Sequence record: ON529855.1
Length of the DNA stretch: 64,000 bases
Reading direction: 5' to 3' (one strand)
Below are positions 9,673 through 18,395 of the stretch, piece by piece (the stretch's first letter is position 1; every line of letters begins with the position of its first letter). A model generated the notes under the pieces. That model did not search any database, was not told the DNA's origin, and was given only the letters and a program-made list of their open reading frames with translations. The translations under genes and the position numbers were made by a program.

Positions 9673-10011
9673 TCAGTTCACCCCGGCGATGATCGAGCAA
9701 TCGCCATAGAACTTGCCTTGGAACGGCAGGCAGTCGCCTTGCGGGGTGATGTGGTGCTCAATCCAGAACCGGTCGTCGCCCTCGACCTTGGAGCCGTGCG
9801 CGTTGCTGTAGCCCTTGGCTTCCCACTCGGCGATGACCTCGGGGAAGGCGGCGCGGAAGGCCTCGCGCTCCATGGCGAACTTGAGTTCGCTCATGTAGGT
9901 GATCTGGATATAGCGGAAGGGGCCGATGGTCGGGCCTTCGAATCCCCAGTCTTCCATGTTTTGATCGGCGTCATCGCGGCCATGGAACAGGCGCAGGTGA
10001 ACGTCGGACAT
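9673..10011 (-). CDS. hypothetical protein (LRLFHGR...DWG-EGP-IGP family)
   Basis: AGAGGAGA RBS; CtrA box 10056. Confidence 0.8.
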   Translation of the reverse strand: MSDVHLRLFHGRDDADQNMEDWGFEGPTIGPFRYIQITYMSELKFAMEREAFRAAFPEVIAEWEAKGYSNAHGSKVEGDDRFWIEHHITPQGDCLPFQGKFYGDCSIIAGVN

Positions 10012-10188
10012 TGGTCGTCTCCTCTTTCGATACAGACCACTATAGAGGCGATTCGTTAACAAGGGGTTAACGCCGGGACGATTTTTCGGGGGCGCGGGCG
10101 GGCGTTAACCTTAACAGCGCGTTAACCTTAACGACCGGTTTACAGCCCCGTTAACCATGGCGGGGGCGCCGCCATGGTCGGGGTCCGA

Positions 10189-10440
10189 TCAGGCCGCCGG
10201 GGGCGGCGGGATCGGGTGACGCGCGGCGAGGCTCTTGGCGGTCCACGCGTCGGGGGTCGAGAGGTCGTAGGCCTCGGCGAACAGGCGGGCGCAGTCCTGC
10301 ACCGTCTCGCCCGTCAGGTGGTCTTCATACCAGCTACGCAGTTGGTCTTCATCGGCCCCGGCGTCGTGGTAGTCGATGCCGTAGCCCGCCAGCAGGGCGG
10401 CGTTGGCGGCGGCGAGCCAGAGTTCAAACGTGGGATACAT
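10189..10440 (-). CDS. hypothetical protein (83 aa)
   Basis: GGAGAGA RBS; CtrA box 10487. Confidence 0.75.
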   Translation of the reverse strand: MYPTFELWLAAANAALLAGYGIDYHDAGADEDQLRSWYEDHLTGETVQDCARLFAEAYDLSTPDAWTAKSLAARHPIPPPPAA

Positions 10441-10628
10441 CGGGCGTCTCTCCTTGTTCCGATGCTTAGACCATATCCGGCAGAAGTTAACAAGAGGTTA
10501 AGACCGGAAAGATTTTTCAGGGGTCGTCCGGGGCGGCGTTAACCTTAACAGGCCTTAAGGTTTTGTTAAGGTTAACAGGCGGGGCCTGGAAATGGTTAAC
10601 GGCCGTTAACCACTCCCCTTAACCGTCC

Positions 10629-10913
10629 CTAGTTGGGACGGTCGTCGACGAACTCGATTTTCTGTTCCGTCGCGGCGATCAGGGCCGTGACGTCGGCGAT
10701 GGCGTCGTCCAGCTTGGCGGCGCCCTTGTAGGTCTTGCCGGTCCAGCCGCCGACCATCGCCAGCAGGTTCTTGGCGGTGTAGGCCCGGTTGACCTTCATG
10801 CCGATCTTGAGGGCGCGCAGGCCTTGGCGAACAGCGATCATCTGGTAGCGGGTGATGGCCGCGCCGGTGTGGGTGACGGCGCCGTGTTCGGAGATGTGGA
10901 CTAGATCGGTCAT
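10629..10913 (-). CDS. hypothetical protein (94 aa)
   Basis: AAGGGA RBS; CtrA box 10958. Confidence 0.75.
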   Translation of the reverse strand: MTDLVHISEHGAVTHTGAAITRYQMIAVRQGLRALKIGMKVNRAYTAKNLLAMVGGWTGKTYKGAAKLDDAIADVTALIAATEQKIEFVDDRPN

Positions 10914-11109
10914 GTCTGTGTTCCCTTGTTGGTGAGATCACTATAGCGACCCAGTTCTTAACAACAAGTTAAAATCGAAATAAATCGTGCTTAACGGGAA
11001 TGGTTAATTTTTCGGGGCTGGGCGTTAACCTTAACAAGAGGTTAACGGCTGTTAAGGTTAACGCCAGAAGGTCAGGCGAGGCCGCCCCGGCGAACCGGGG
11101 CGGCGGGGA

Positions 11110-11733
11110 TCAGCCCAGTTGAATCGTGCCGTCGTCGGCGGTGTAGAGATAGACCTCTTCGGGGTATTTTTGCGCGGCTTCCGTCAGGGCCTCGCCCTCC
11201 GCTTCGGGCCAGTCGCCGTCTTCCCAGAACCCGACGCCGTTACGGGTCCGGGTCATGTAGAAGTCATATCCGGCCTGCTCTTGCACCGAACAGTTGACCG
11301 CGCGGACCTCGCCCGACGCATAGGCCGCTTCCAAGGTGGCGGCGTTCTCGCGTTGGAAGCGTTCGCAGTCCGCGACCATTTCGCGCAAGCCGTCCGGGTG
11401 AATCTCTTCCGGGCAAATGGTGTTGTCGCGGTCCGAATCGGCGGCGGGGTGTCCGGTCGGATACTCGGCGCCGTTCGAGGCGGCGGCGCCGATGTAGCCC
11501 CGCGTGAACGGATCGCACGGCGTCAGGACGGCCCAGGATTCGGCCTCATAGGCGGCGCGCGCCTCGGCGTTGGCCTCTTCGAGGGCGTCCACAACCGCGC
11601 GGGCTTCCGCGACCAGAGCGGCGGGTTCCGTGTGCGGATATTGCATCACCGTCAGGGCGGCGATCTGTTGCGCCGTCAGGGGGCTGAACTCCGGGACGGT
11701 GGTTTCAGCGGTCAGCTTGGCGAGGGTGGTCAT
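11110..11733 (-). CDS. conserved phage hypothetical protein (C-terminal GYDF-MTR-RNG-GFW motif)
   Basis: GGGAG RBS before ATG 11733; CtrA box 11777. Confidence 0.8.
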   Translation of the reverse strand: MTTLAKLTAETTVPEFSPLTAQQIAALTVMQYPHTEPAALVAEARAVVDALEEANAEARAAYEAESWAVLTPCDPFTRGYIGAAASNGAEYPTGHPAADSDRDNTICPEEIHPDGLREMVADCERFQRENAATLEAAYASGEVRAVNCSVQEQAGYDFYMTRTRNGVGFWEDGDWPEAEGEALTEAAQKYPEEVYLYTADDGTIQLG

Positions 11734-11897
11734 GGGGTGCTCCCGTTGATGTGCGAGCATATTGCACGCCAAGGTCTTAACAACAAGTTAACGCCGCGCA
11801 GATTTTTCGGCGGCGGCGGGCGTTAAGGTTAATGCGAAAGGCTCGCACAGGGCGGCGTTAACCTTAACGGAATCGTCCGAAAAATTAACCATGCCCG

Positions 11898-11927
11898 TTG
11901 ACGGTTTCTTAACGACTCGGCGCTAGG
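11898..11927 (+). promoter_or_regulatory. Plus-strand CtrA-type promoter (TTGA-N7-TTAAC-GACTC-GGC-GCTAGG)
   Basis: Same box-N8-GCTAG geometry as the cassette promoters; TTGACG -35; GANTC site; upstream TTAACCAT half-site at 11885; no convincing ORF downstream. Confidence 0.6.
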
Positions 11928-12104
11928 CTCAAGGGTTCCATAGCCACGCCTCGCGCCGGGTCCGATCCCCCGCGCGCGGTGTCACGCGCTCGCCTCGACC
12001 GGGGCGGGGCGCCCGGCCGCGCGCCCCGACATCAGGAGGCGCGAGCCCGCCCGGCTGGGCGGTCGATCGGTCATGCCGGCGACCGCCAGGGCGGGGGTGC
12101 GTCG

Positions 12105-12240
12105 AATCGAAACGGCGTCAGGTCAAGTCGGCGGACGTAGAATCGAAATGGCGTCAAGTCAAGTTCGCTCGCGTCAAATTTAAATGGCGTCAAGTCAAGT
12201 TCGCTCGCGTCAAATCGAAACGGCGTCAGGTCAAGTTCAT
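12105..12240. repeat. About 36-bp tandem repeat built from CGTCAAAT / GTCAAGTCAAG units (about 4 copies)
   Basis: GTCAAGTTCGCTCGCGTCAAAT(TT/CG)AAA(T/C)GGCGTCA(A/G) repeated. Confidence 0.9.
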
Positions 12241-12403
12241 CGCCAGGACCGGAGCGAAAACGACGCCGCCCGGCGCGCATGAAAGCGGCCGGGCGGCAGG
12301 ATTGATCGATTCAGAAACAGAGCCCTACAACCATGAGGGCGAAAACAATCTTGGACGCAGCACAGATTTTATCAAGCATATTCAGGGGGTTCCTTCTACT
12401 AAG

Positions 12404-12547
12404 GAGTCACGTCCGGTGGAAAACGTGACAGGTCGTCGGGACGCTACAGGTAGAAAACGCGCGAGTCATCGTCCGGGGCTAACGTGACTGAACTTTTTGT
12501 TAATCCCGGCAGGGAACTGGAGTCACGCCCGGTGGAAAACGTGACTC
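12404..12547. promoter_or_regulatory. Three spaced inverted repeats AGTCAY-N14-GTGAC
   Basis: GAGTCACgtccggtggaaaacGTGACA, GAGTCATcgtccggggctaacGTGACTG, GAGTCACgcccggtggaaaacGTGACTC; all with a 14-nt spacer. Confidence 0.8.
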
Positions 12548-12560
12548 CGGGGTTTTGGCG

Positions 12561-13544
12561 TCAGTCGGCGCTCTGGGCGATGACCGTGGCGGCGGTCGTG
12601 CGGCTGGCGAACTGCTCGCTCGCGATGTCCCCCTTCAGCCCCTCAAAGGCCATGATGCTCGCCCTCAGGTCCGGGGCGATGTAGTCGGTCCCCTCAGCGG
12701 TCGCGTCCGCCTGAAACAGGTCCAGCAGGCGCGACCGCACCCCGGCGGCGTCGTCCGCATAGAGGATCGGCGCCCCTTCCTGCTCGGGCTCGATCCGATA
12801 CGGGCGGGGCTCGCACTCGATCTCGAACGGCCCTTGCCAGTTGCGGACCTCGGCCGGCGCCAGGGCGGCGTCGGACAGTTCGTCATAGACGCCGTTCTCG
12901 CGGTCGCCGCATTCCTCGACCTCGGCCTGAGACACGAAGAACTCATGCCGGGCCTCATCCGCCGCGATGGCGTGGTCCATGATCCACGCCTGACCTTGGA
13001 AGGTCGCGCGATAGGGCAGGGTTTCGGGCGCCGGCAGGGCGGACGCCGGGGGGTCGCGGTCCATCCAGAAGCGATAGAGGGCCGCCCAGGCGCGCGCGCG
13101 CTGGCGGTCGCCGGTCGTGGGCAGATAGGCGTCGTGCAGGGCCTCGGCGGCGGCGGTGCGGTCCGGCGTGTCCGGATCGGCCTGATCCGCTTCAAAGGCG
13201 TCGAAGGTCAGCAGGACCGCCTGCGTGTGACGGGCGGTCCACTCACCGGCCGGACCCGCCGCCAGAACCTCGCGCACCTCGGGGAGGGTCAGGTGGGAAA
13301 ACTGGGCAGGGTCCCCGACGATAAATTCCGAAGGGTCCCCGGCCTTCGATTCGCGAGGGTCCCCGGCGAGGAATTGCGCAGGGTCCCCGGCGATGGATTC
13401 GGCAGGGTCCCCCCGCTCGATTCCGTCCGCGATGCCGTAGAGCCGGCCGATCAGGCCTTGGGCGGCTTCATGGGTGGGGTTGTGACGCATCGCCAGCACT
13501 TGGGCGGCGGCGGCGCGGATCAGGGCGGGATAGGTGATGCTCAT
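12561..13544 (-). CDS. mosaic hypothetical protein with five GDPxxxxx repeats (327 aa)
   Basis: AGAGGAG RBS; CtrA box 13598. Confidence 0.8.
   Translation of the reverse strand: MSITYPALIRAAAAQVLAMRHNPTHEAAQGLIGRLYGIADGIERGDPAESIAGDPAQFLAGDPRESKAGDPSEFIVGDPAQFSHLTLPEVREVLAAGPAGEWTARHTQAVLLTFDAFEADQADPDTPDRTAAAEALHDAYLPTTGDRQRARAWAALYRFWMDRDPPASALPAPETLPYRATFQGQAWIMDHAIAADEARHEFFVSQAEVEECGDRENGVYDELSDAALAPAEVRNWQGPFEIECEPRPYRIEPEQEGAPILYADDAAGVRSRLLDLFQADATAEGTDYIAPDLRASIMAFEGLKGDIASEQFASRTTAATVIAQSAD
13305..13415. repeat. 24-bp period AGGGTCCCC array inside CDS (5 copies)
   Basis: Same core as the arrays at 511-605 and 31350-31560; encodes GDPAESIA/GDPAQFLA/GDPRESKA/GDPSEFIV/GDPAQFSH. Confidence 0.9.
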
Positions 13545-13738
13545 AAAGGGCTCCTCTTGGAGGGAGATGGTCAGAGGTCCTGTCTAGCGGCCAATCGTTA
13601 ACATCCGGTTAACGGGGCGCGTTCAGGGGCCGGCGCCCGCGTTCACCCGGCGTTAAGGTTAACGCCGGGTGGGCGACCCGAAAGCGCCCGCCTGCGGTGC
13701 ATCGCAGGCGGGCGCGGTCCTGACGGGGAGACGGGCCG

Positions 13739-14218
13739 TCAGGCGGTCGGGGACAGTTCGTCCTCGAAGGCGTGATGCTCGGCGCCGTCGCCGGTGCGGA
13801 CCAGATACATGGGGCCGCTCTCGGCGTCAGCCTCGTCTTCGGTCAGGGCGCGCACGACCTCGGCGGGCGTGTCGGGCGGCGTCGTCGCGTCCGAACAGGT
13901 CGAGGTGAACAGGACGCGGGCGCCCGGCTCGAAGGCATAGACCAAGGGCTCGGCGGCGTCGTCGTCGTTCGACGCCTGGAACTCCGCCGACGACCCGTCG
14001 ATCGAGGTGCCGGGCCAGGACGCGCCGGGATCGGCCAGCATCGTCAGACAGCCGCTGATGTCGGGCTGGGCGCGGGTGCCGATATAATCGCGATAGGCGT
14101 CCGGTTCGCCGACCGGGGTTCCGGGGTTCTCGGCGTGGAAGCGTTGCATGGCCGCGTCGAACAGTTGGCGGGGGTCGGTCACGTCGAGGGTGATGGTGAT
14201 CTGGTAGGCGTCGCGCAT
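13739..14218 (-). CDS. hypothetical protein with C-terminal SH3-like motif (PMYLV---DG----AFEDEL)
   Basis: GGGAGA RBS; CtrA box 14268. Confidence 0.8.
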   Translation of the reverse strand: MRDAYQITITLDVTDPRQLFDAAMQRFHAENPGTPVGEPDAYRDYIGTRAQPDISGCLTMLADPGASWPGTSIDGSSAEFQASNDDDAAEPLVYAFEPGARVLFTSTCSDATTPPDTPAEVVRALTEDEADAESGPMYLVRTGDGAEHHAFEDELSPTA

Positions 14219-14287
14219 GGGGGCTCTCCCGGCTGGGTGTCGATGATCTGACCCTAGAGGACAGAAGTTAACAGGCGGTTAACGCGC

Positions 14288-15061
14288 TCAGGTATTGAGC
14301 GCGGGAACCGGGGCGAGGAGGCCATACAGTTCGTTATAGTCGTCGCCCTCGGGCGCCTTCTCCTCGGCGTTCATCTTGGCGTCATAGTCCTGCATCGCCT
14401 TGGCGGTGCGGTCGTAGGCGTCCGCCTTGGCCTTGAGCGCGGCGAGGGCGGTGTTCCCCGCCGAGGCCAGCAGGGCGGTGCGGGCGGCCTCGGGCAGGGC
14501 GTCCCAGGCCTGATCATCCAGATCAAAGGCCAGCATGGCGCGGCTGGCGTCGTCGCGCTCGGCCTCGTCCAGTTCGTCCACGCGGGCCTTCAACAGGTCG
14601 CGCTGTTCGGCGTCGGGCAGATTGGCGAGGATGAAGCGCAGGTCCACGTCCGAAATCCCGTTGCCGCGCAGGAAGGCGACGACGCGATCCCAGGCGGCGA
14701 CCTCGGCCACCGCGTCGCGCGGTTGCAGGTCGAACAGGCGGGCGGCGTGGTTGTCGCTGGCCTCCGACAGCATGGCGATCAGGTCTTCCGCCGTGGCGTC
14801 GTTCAGCAGGGCGGTGGGGCGGGGCAGGGTCCGGCCGTCCGTCACCTGGGTGTCCCAGTTGATGGTCGGCGCTATGGTCAGTTCCGACATGACGGTCCAG
14901 CCGTCTTGCAGGTCGGAGTCGCCTCGGAGGGCGGCCACGGCCTGTTGAACCGCCTCCTGCGGGGTCTCCGCCGTGACGGCGACCGTCTTGTGGGCGTGAA
15001 GGGTGGCGTAGGCCGTAACCAGATAGTTGATCTGGGCCGAAGATCGGACGGGGCTGGACAT
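14288..15061 (-). CDS. hypothetical protein (257 aa)
   Basis: AGGAGA RBS; CtrA box 15106. Confidence 0.8.
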   Translation of the reverse strand: MSSPVRSSAQINYLVTAYATLHAHKTVAVTAETPQEAVQQAVAALRGDSDLQDGWTVMSELTIAPTINWDTQVTDGRTLPRPTALLNDATAEDLIAMLSEASDNHAARLFDLQPRDAVAEVAAWDRVVAFLRGNGISDVDLRFILANLPDAEQRDLLKARVDELDEAERDDASRAMLAFDLDDQAWDALPEAARTALLASAGNTALAALKAKADAYDRTAKAMQDYDAKMNAEEKAPEGDDYNELYGLLAPVPALNT

Positions 15062-15177
15062 GGTGTCTCCTGTCGTTGCGTTGAGGCTGTTCTAGCGCTC
15101 ATGTCTTAACAAAAAGTTAACGCCGGTCAACTCTTTTCGTCGGCCCAGGTCCGTTAACCTTAACGCGGGGTGTTCGC

Positions 15178-15201
15178 AAAACGCCCGGCCGAAGCCGGGC
15201 G
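15178..15201 (-). terminator. Intrinsic terminator GCCCGGC-TTCG-GCCGGGC-TTTT
   Basis: Directly after stop of the 15207 ORF; identical copy at 16059, close variants at 16997, 19240, 26095. Confidence 0.85.
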
Positions 15202-15206
15202 CTGCG

Positions 15207-15953
15207 TCACTTGACCGGGGGCAGGTTATTGAGATCGACGGTCGGCGGGGCGCCGTTTGTGGCGACCTTGGCGGCTTGGAGGATCGACTCCATCAGGGCC
15301 TTGGTCGCCGCGCCGTCGCGCAGACGGGCCGCCGCATCGGTCGATTCGACATCATCAGGAATGATGGTCGGCGCCGCCTTCAACGCCTCCAGACAGGCCT
15401 TCATCGCGGTTTTCGCGCCGAGGGTGGCTTGCGCCGCCGCCCTACGCAGGGCGGCGGCGTAATCGCCCTGCTCTTCGTCCGCCATCTGCAAGAGGCGGTC
15501 CTGCTCCTTCAGCAACCGCGCCGCCTCATGGGCGGTGACGGCGATGGCGTTGGGCAGGGCCTGGGCCTCCTTGGCGTAGAGGGTCAGCAGCCGGGCCGCC
15601 TCCTCGGCGTCTTCGGCATAGACGGCGCCGGCGTCCGACCAGTTGTTGACCAGCACCGCCATGGCGGCCTCGGCCGCATAGTGGGGCAGGGAGGAGCCGC
15701 TGCCGATGTCTTCCAGCTTCTGGCACAGGCGCAGGGTCAGGGGGTCGGTGTTCTGGGCCAGGGCGAGGGTCAGGAACTCAGGCTGGACCTGAAACTCCGT
15801 GACGGAACCGGCGTCGTCGTCCGCCGACAGGCCTTCGGCGTCCCTGTAGTGCTGAATGGCGAACTCCAGCGAGCGTCGCACATGGGCGGGGTCCACCGCG
15901 CCGCCTTCGATCTGCAAGCTGACGATGTAGTTGATGGTGACGGGTGCGGTCAT
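15207..15953 (-). CDS. hypothetical helical protein (248 aa)
   Basis: AGGAGA RBS; CtrA box 15999. Confidence 0.8.
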   Translation of the reverse strand: MTAPVTINYIVSLQIEGGAVDPAHVRRSLEFAIQHYRDAEGLSADDDAGSVTEFQVQPEFLTLALAQNTDPLTLRLCQKLEDIGSGSSLPHYAAEAAMAVLVNNWSDAGAVYAEDAEEAARLLTLYAKEAQALPNAIAVTAHEAARLLKEQDRLLQMADEEQGDYAAALRRAAAQATLGAKTAMKACLEALKAAPTIIPDDVESTDAAARLRDGAATKALMESILQAAKVATNGAPPTVDLNNLPPVK

Positions 15954-16058
15954 CGGTGTCTCCTGATGTGGCGTTGATCCTGTTCTAGCACCGATTCGTT
16001 AACAACAAGTTAACGGCGTGAGGGAACTTCGGCGTTAACCTTAACGCGACGGGATCGC

Positions 16059-16082
16059 AAAACGCCCGGCCGAAGCCGGGCG
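16059..16082 (-). terminator. Intrinsic terminator, TTCG loop
   Basis: Identical to the 15178 terminator. Confidence 0.85.
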
Positions 16083-16087
16083 CTGCG

Positions 16088-16891
16088 TCAAGCGGGGACG
16101 CGCGAGAAGTCGGGGCTGTCGCCGTCCGCGACCGTCAGTTCAATCCACGACATACGCTCCATGTGGCGCTTGACGGACCCCTCCGACGACAGGCCGTTGA
16201 GGATATAGGCCAGGGCGAGAATCTTGCCCGCCTCGCTGGCGCGGGCGCTGATCTGGGTGCAGTAGGAGGAATCCTCCACGAACTCCCAAACGTCGTTGAT
16301 CCGGCGCTCGACGGCGACCCGCATCAGGGGCTCGTCGCCGCTGTCGGTCGGGTCATAGTCGCCCGACGACCCCTCGCCCTCGAAGTCCAGAATCACCGCC
16401 ACGTCGTCGCGTTCCAGGCGCAGCGACGGGAAGCTGAGAACGGCCGGCGCCGAGGGCGCTTCGGGCAGCAGGTCGGCGGCGGCGACCGCCCAGTCTTCCA
16501 GCAGGGTCGAAGCCTCGACCATGGAGGTTCCGTCGCGGCGCGCGTCGGTCAGGGTCTGGACATGGGCGATGCCGGCCTCCAACGCCGTTTCCAGATCGGC
16601 CGGGAAGGCGCGGTCGCCGTCATAGTAGGGGCGGAACAGGTCCACCGCGCGTTCCAATTGGGCTTCCACCTTGGCGACTTGGTGCGAGGGGATGACGATT
16701 TCGCCGAGGCTGTCGCCCGCCATCGCCAGGGTCATGTAGGGTTTCGAGCCGTCCTTGGGGAAGCTGAACCGGACGGTCAGATCGCTGTCGCCGCTTTCGT
16801 CGGTGAGGTCCATGAACAGTTCACAGCGGACATCCTTGAAGTCAGCGTCGTTCTCAACGTAGATCGGCGTGGGTATTTTCTTCTCTTGCAT
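16088..16891 (-). CDS. hypothetical acidic mosaic protein (267 aa)
   Basis: AGGAGA RBS; CtrA box 16937. Confidence 0.8.
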   Translation of the reverse strand: MQEKKIPTPIYVENDADFKDVRCELFMDLTDESGDSDLTVRFSFPKDGSKPYMTLAMAGDSLGEIVIPSHQVAKVEAQLERAVDLFRPYYDGDRAFPADLETALEAGIAHVQTLTDARRDGTSMVEASTLLEDWAVAAADLLPEAPSAPAVLSFPSLRLERDDVAVILDFEGEGSSGDYDPTDSGDEPLMRVAVERRINDVWEFVEDSSYCTQISARASEAGKILALAYILNGLSSEGSVKRHMERMSWIELTVADGDSPDFSRVPA

Positions 16892-16996
16892 GACTGTCTC
16901 CTGTCGGGGCGTTGATCCTGTTCTAGCACCGATTCGTTAACAAGAAGTTAACACGATGCTGCGAAACGCTCGCGTTAACCTTAACGGCGGGCGCCC

Positions 16997-17023
16997 AAAA
17001 ACGCCCCGGCCGAAGCCGGGGCG
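16997..17023 (-). terminator. Intrinsic terminator, TTCG loop
   Basis: CGCCCCGGC-TTCG-GCCGGGGCG-TTTTT. Confidence 0.85.
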
Positions 17024-17028
17024 CAGGA

Positions 17029-17481
17029 TCAGGCGTCGGCCAATGCGCGCACTTGAGCGATGGCCGCGTCTTCGGTGATCTCGCCCGCGTTCAGGCGCGC
17101 GCAGATCACTTCCACCTGACGATGGGCATGGTCGCTGATGGTGGCGGCCTGCACGAAGTCGTCTTCGGCCTCGCCTTCGGAGTCGATGCGATGCAGCCCG
17201 ACATGGGCGGCGTCATCGTCACTGACATGCCAGCCGTATTGCGGCGCGGCGGTCGGTTCGGCGCCCGGCGCGATCACGACGGAAACCCCCGCCTCGGCCA
17301 GCAGGTCCGACAGATCGTCAAACCGGGCCTTGGCGGCGCTGGCGTCGGGGTCGTCGTTCCCTTCATCAAGAACGGCGAGCGCGGCGCGCATGTCCAGGCA
17401 GGCGCTGAGGAAGGCGGCGCCTCCCGCGCTGGTGAAGAAAGCGACGGCGAGCGATGGCATGGCGTAAGGGTTGGTTTTCAT
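17029..17481 (-). CDS. hypothetical protein (150 aa)
   Basis: GGGAGA RBS; CtrA box 17528. Confidence 0.75.
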   Translation of the reverse strand: MKTNPYAMPSLAVAFFTSAGGAAFLSACLDMRAALAVLDEGNDDPDASAAKARFDDLSDLLAEAGVSVVIAPGAEPTAAPQYGWHVSDDDAAHVGLHRIDSEGEAEDDFVQAATISDHAHRQVEVICARLNAGEITEDAAIAQVRALADA

Positions 17482-17538
17482 CAGGCGTCTCCCCGGTGGT
17501 TGATGATGTGACCCTACAGGCCAGAGGTTAACAAGCGG

Positions 17539-17958
17539 TTAATGGGTGCGAAGTTCGGCGGTCGGCGTTTCGACGCCGTCCCGGTAGGCGAGCGAGCCGA
17601 GGACGCCGAGGATCGGGTTATAGTCGCCGCGCTCTTTCTCGGCGGCGTAGAAGCGTTCGAGGATGGCGGGTTGGGCGGCGAAGCGGTTGTTCCGCCACAG
17701 GGGGGTCAGTTTCGGCGGCAGACCGTCGAAGATGAACCAACCGCGCTCATTCGTCGCGCCGCCCATCCAACGCCGCTTGCGGCTGATGTAGATTTCACGC
17801 TCGCCGTTGCCCGCCAGCAGCCAGACCGTTCGCCCTGGCAGGGCCAGCGACAGGTCGCGCAGGGCGTCGCGCATCATCTGTTCCGACAGGGCGACAAGGC
17901 GGATTTCCGCCGCCTCGACCGCTTCGAGGGCGACGACGAAGGGATCGCGGCGGCTCAT
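17539..17958 (-). CDS. hypothetical protein (139 aa)
   Basis: ATGA overlap with upstream gene; stop inside box 17528. Confidence 0.7.
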   Translation of the reverse strand: MSRRDPFVVALEAVEAAEIRLVALSEQMMRDALRDLSLALPGRTVWLLAGNGEREIYISRKRRWMGGATNERGWFIFDGLPPKLTPLWRNNRFAAQPAILERFYAAEKERGDYNPILGVLGSLAYRDGVETPTAELRTH

Positions 17959-18254
17959 GCGGCGACGGGGACACAGCGCGTCCCTTCCGGCAGGAGGTCG
18001 AGCGCGGCTTGGGTGAAATGGAAGCGAATCGGTCCCTCATAGTCGCCGCGCTCGATGGCGTCGGCAGCGGCCGTTCCCCAGCCTGTGGAAACCGAACCCT
18101 TGGGCGTGATGTCCACCCAATTGGGGGCGTCATAGAGAATCTTGATCCGCACGGTGTTTTCGGTGCGGCGGATCAGAAAATACTCGGTCCCGTCCGGGCC
18201 GACGATCTTGTGCGTCGGCTTGGACAGCTTGGCGCTCGGGGGCAGGAAGGCCAT
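17955..18254 (-). CDS. hypothetical protein (99 aa)
   Basis: AAGGAGA RBS; CtrA box 18296. Confidence 0.75.
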   Translation of the reverse strand: MAFLPPSAKLSKPTHKIVGPDGTEYFLIRRTENTVRIKILYDAPNWVDITPKGSVSTGWGTAAADAIERGDYEGPIRFHFTQAALDLLPEGTRCVPVAA

Positions 18255-18395
18255 GAGGTGTCTCCTTTGTTCCTGATCGTTCTAGCAGGTAGAAGTTAAC
18301 AAGAGGTTAACGGCAGGCGAAAAGGCGCGGCGGCCGGCGTTAACCTTAACGCGACGGGCTCGCAGAAAGGCCGGGGGAGCGCCCCGGCCTTCGCG

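Larger units (their letters stand above)
13..11791 (-). promoter_or_regulatory. Array of 20 CtrA-box (TTAA-N7-TTAA) promoters, left block
   Basis: Boxes start at 13, 487, 1025, 2016, 2666, 3281, 3950, 4826, 5387, 5856, 6551, 6890, 7412, 8551, 9313, 10056, 10487, 10958, 11031, 11777 (degenerate one at 9570). Minus-strand consensus TTAACCTCTTGTTAAC-N8-GCTAG/CTATG-like -10, then GGAGA RBS and start codon (11031 is an extra upstream box). Confidence 0.9.

Noticed and set aside
12071-12280. 69-aa ORF with ELDLTPFRFDAS repeats
   Set aside because: No RBS or promoter; the same DNA unit recurs at 30.2 kb with non-triplet spacing, so the repeat is a DNA-level signal.
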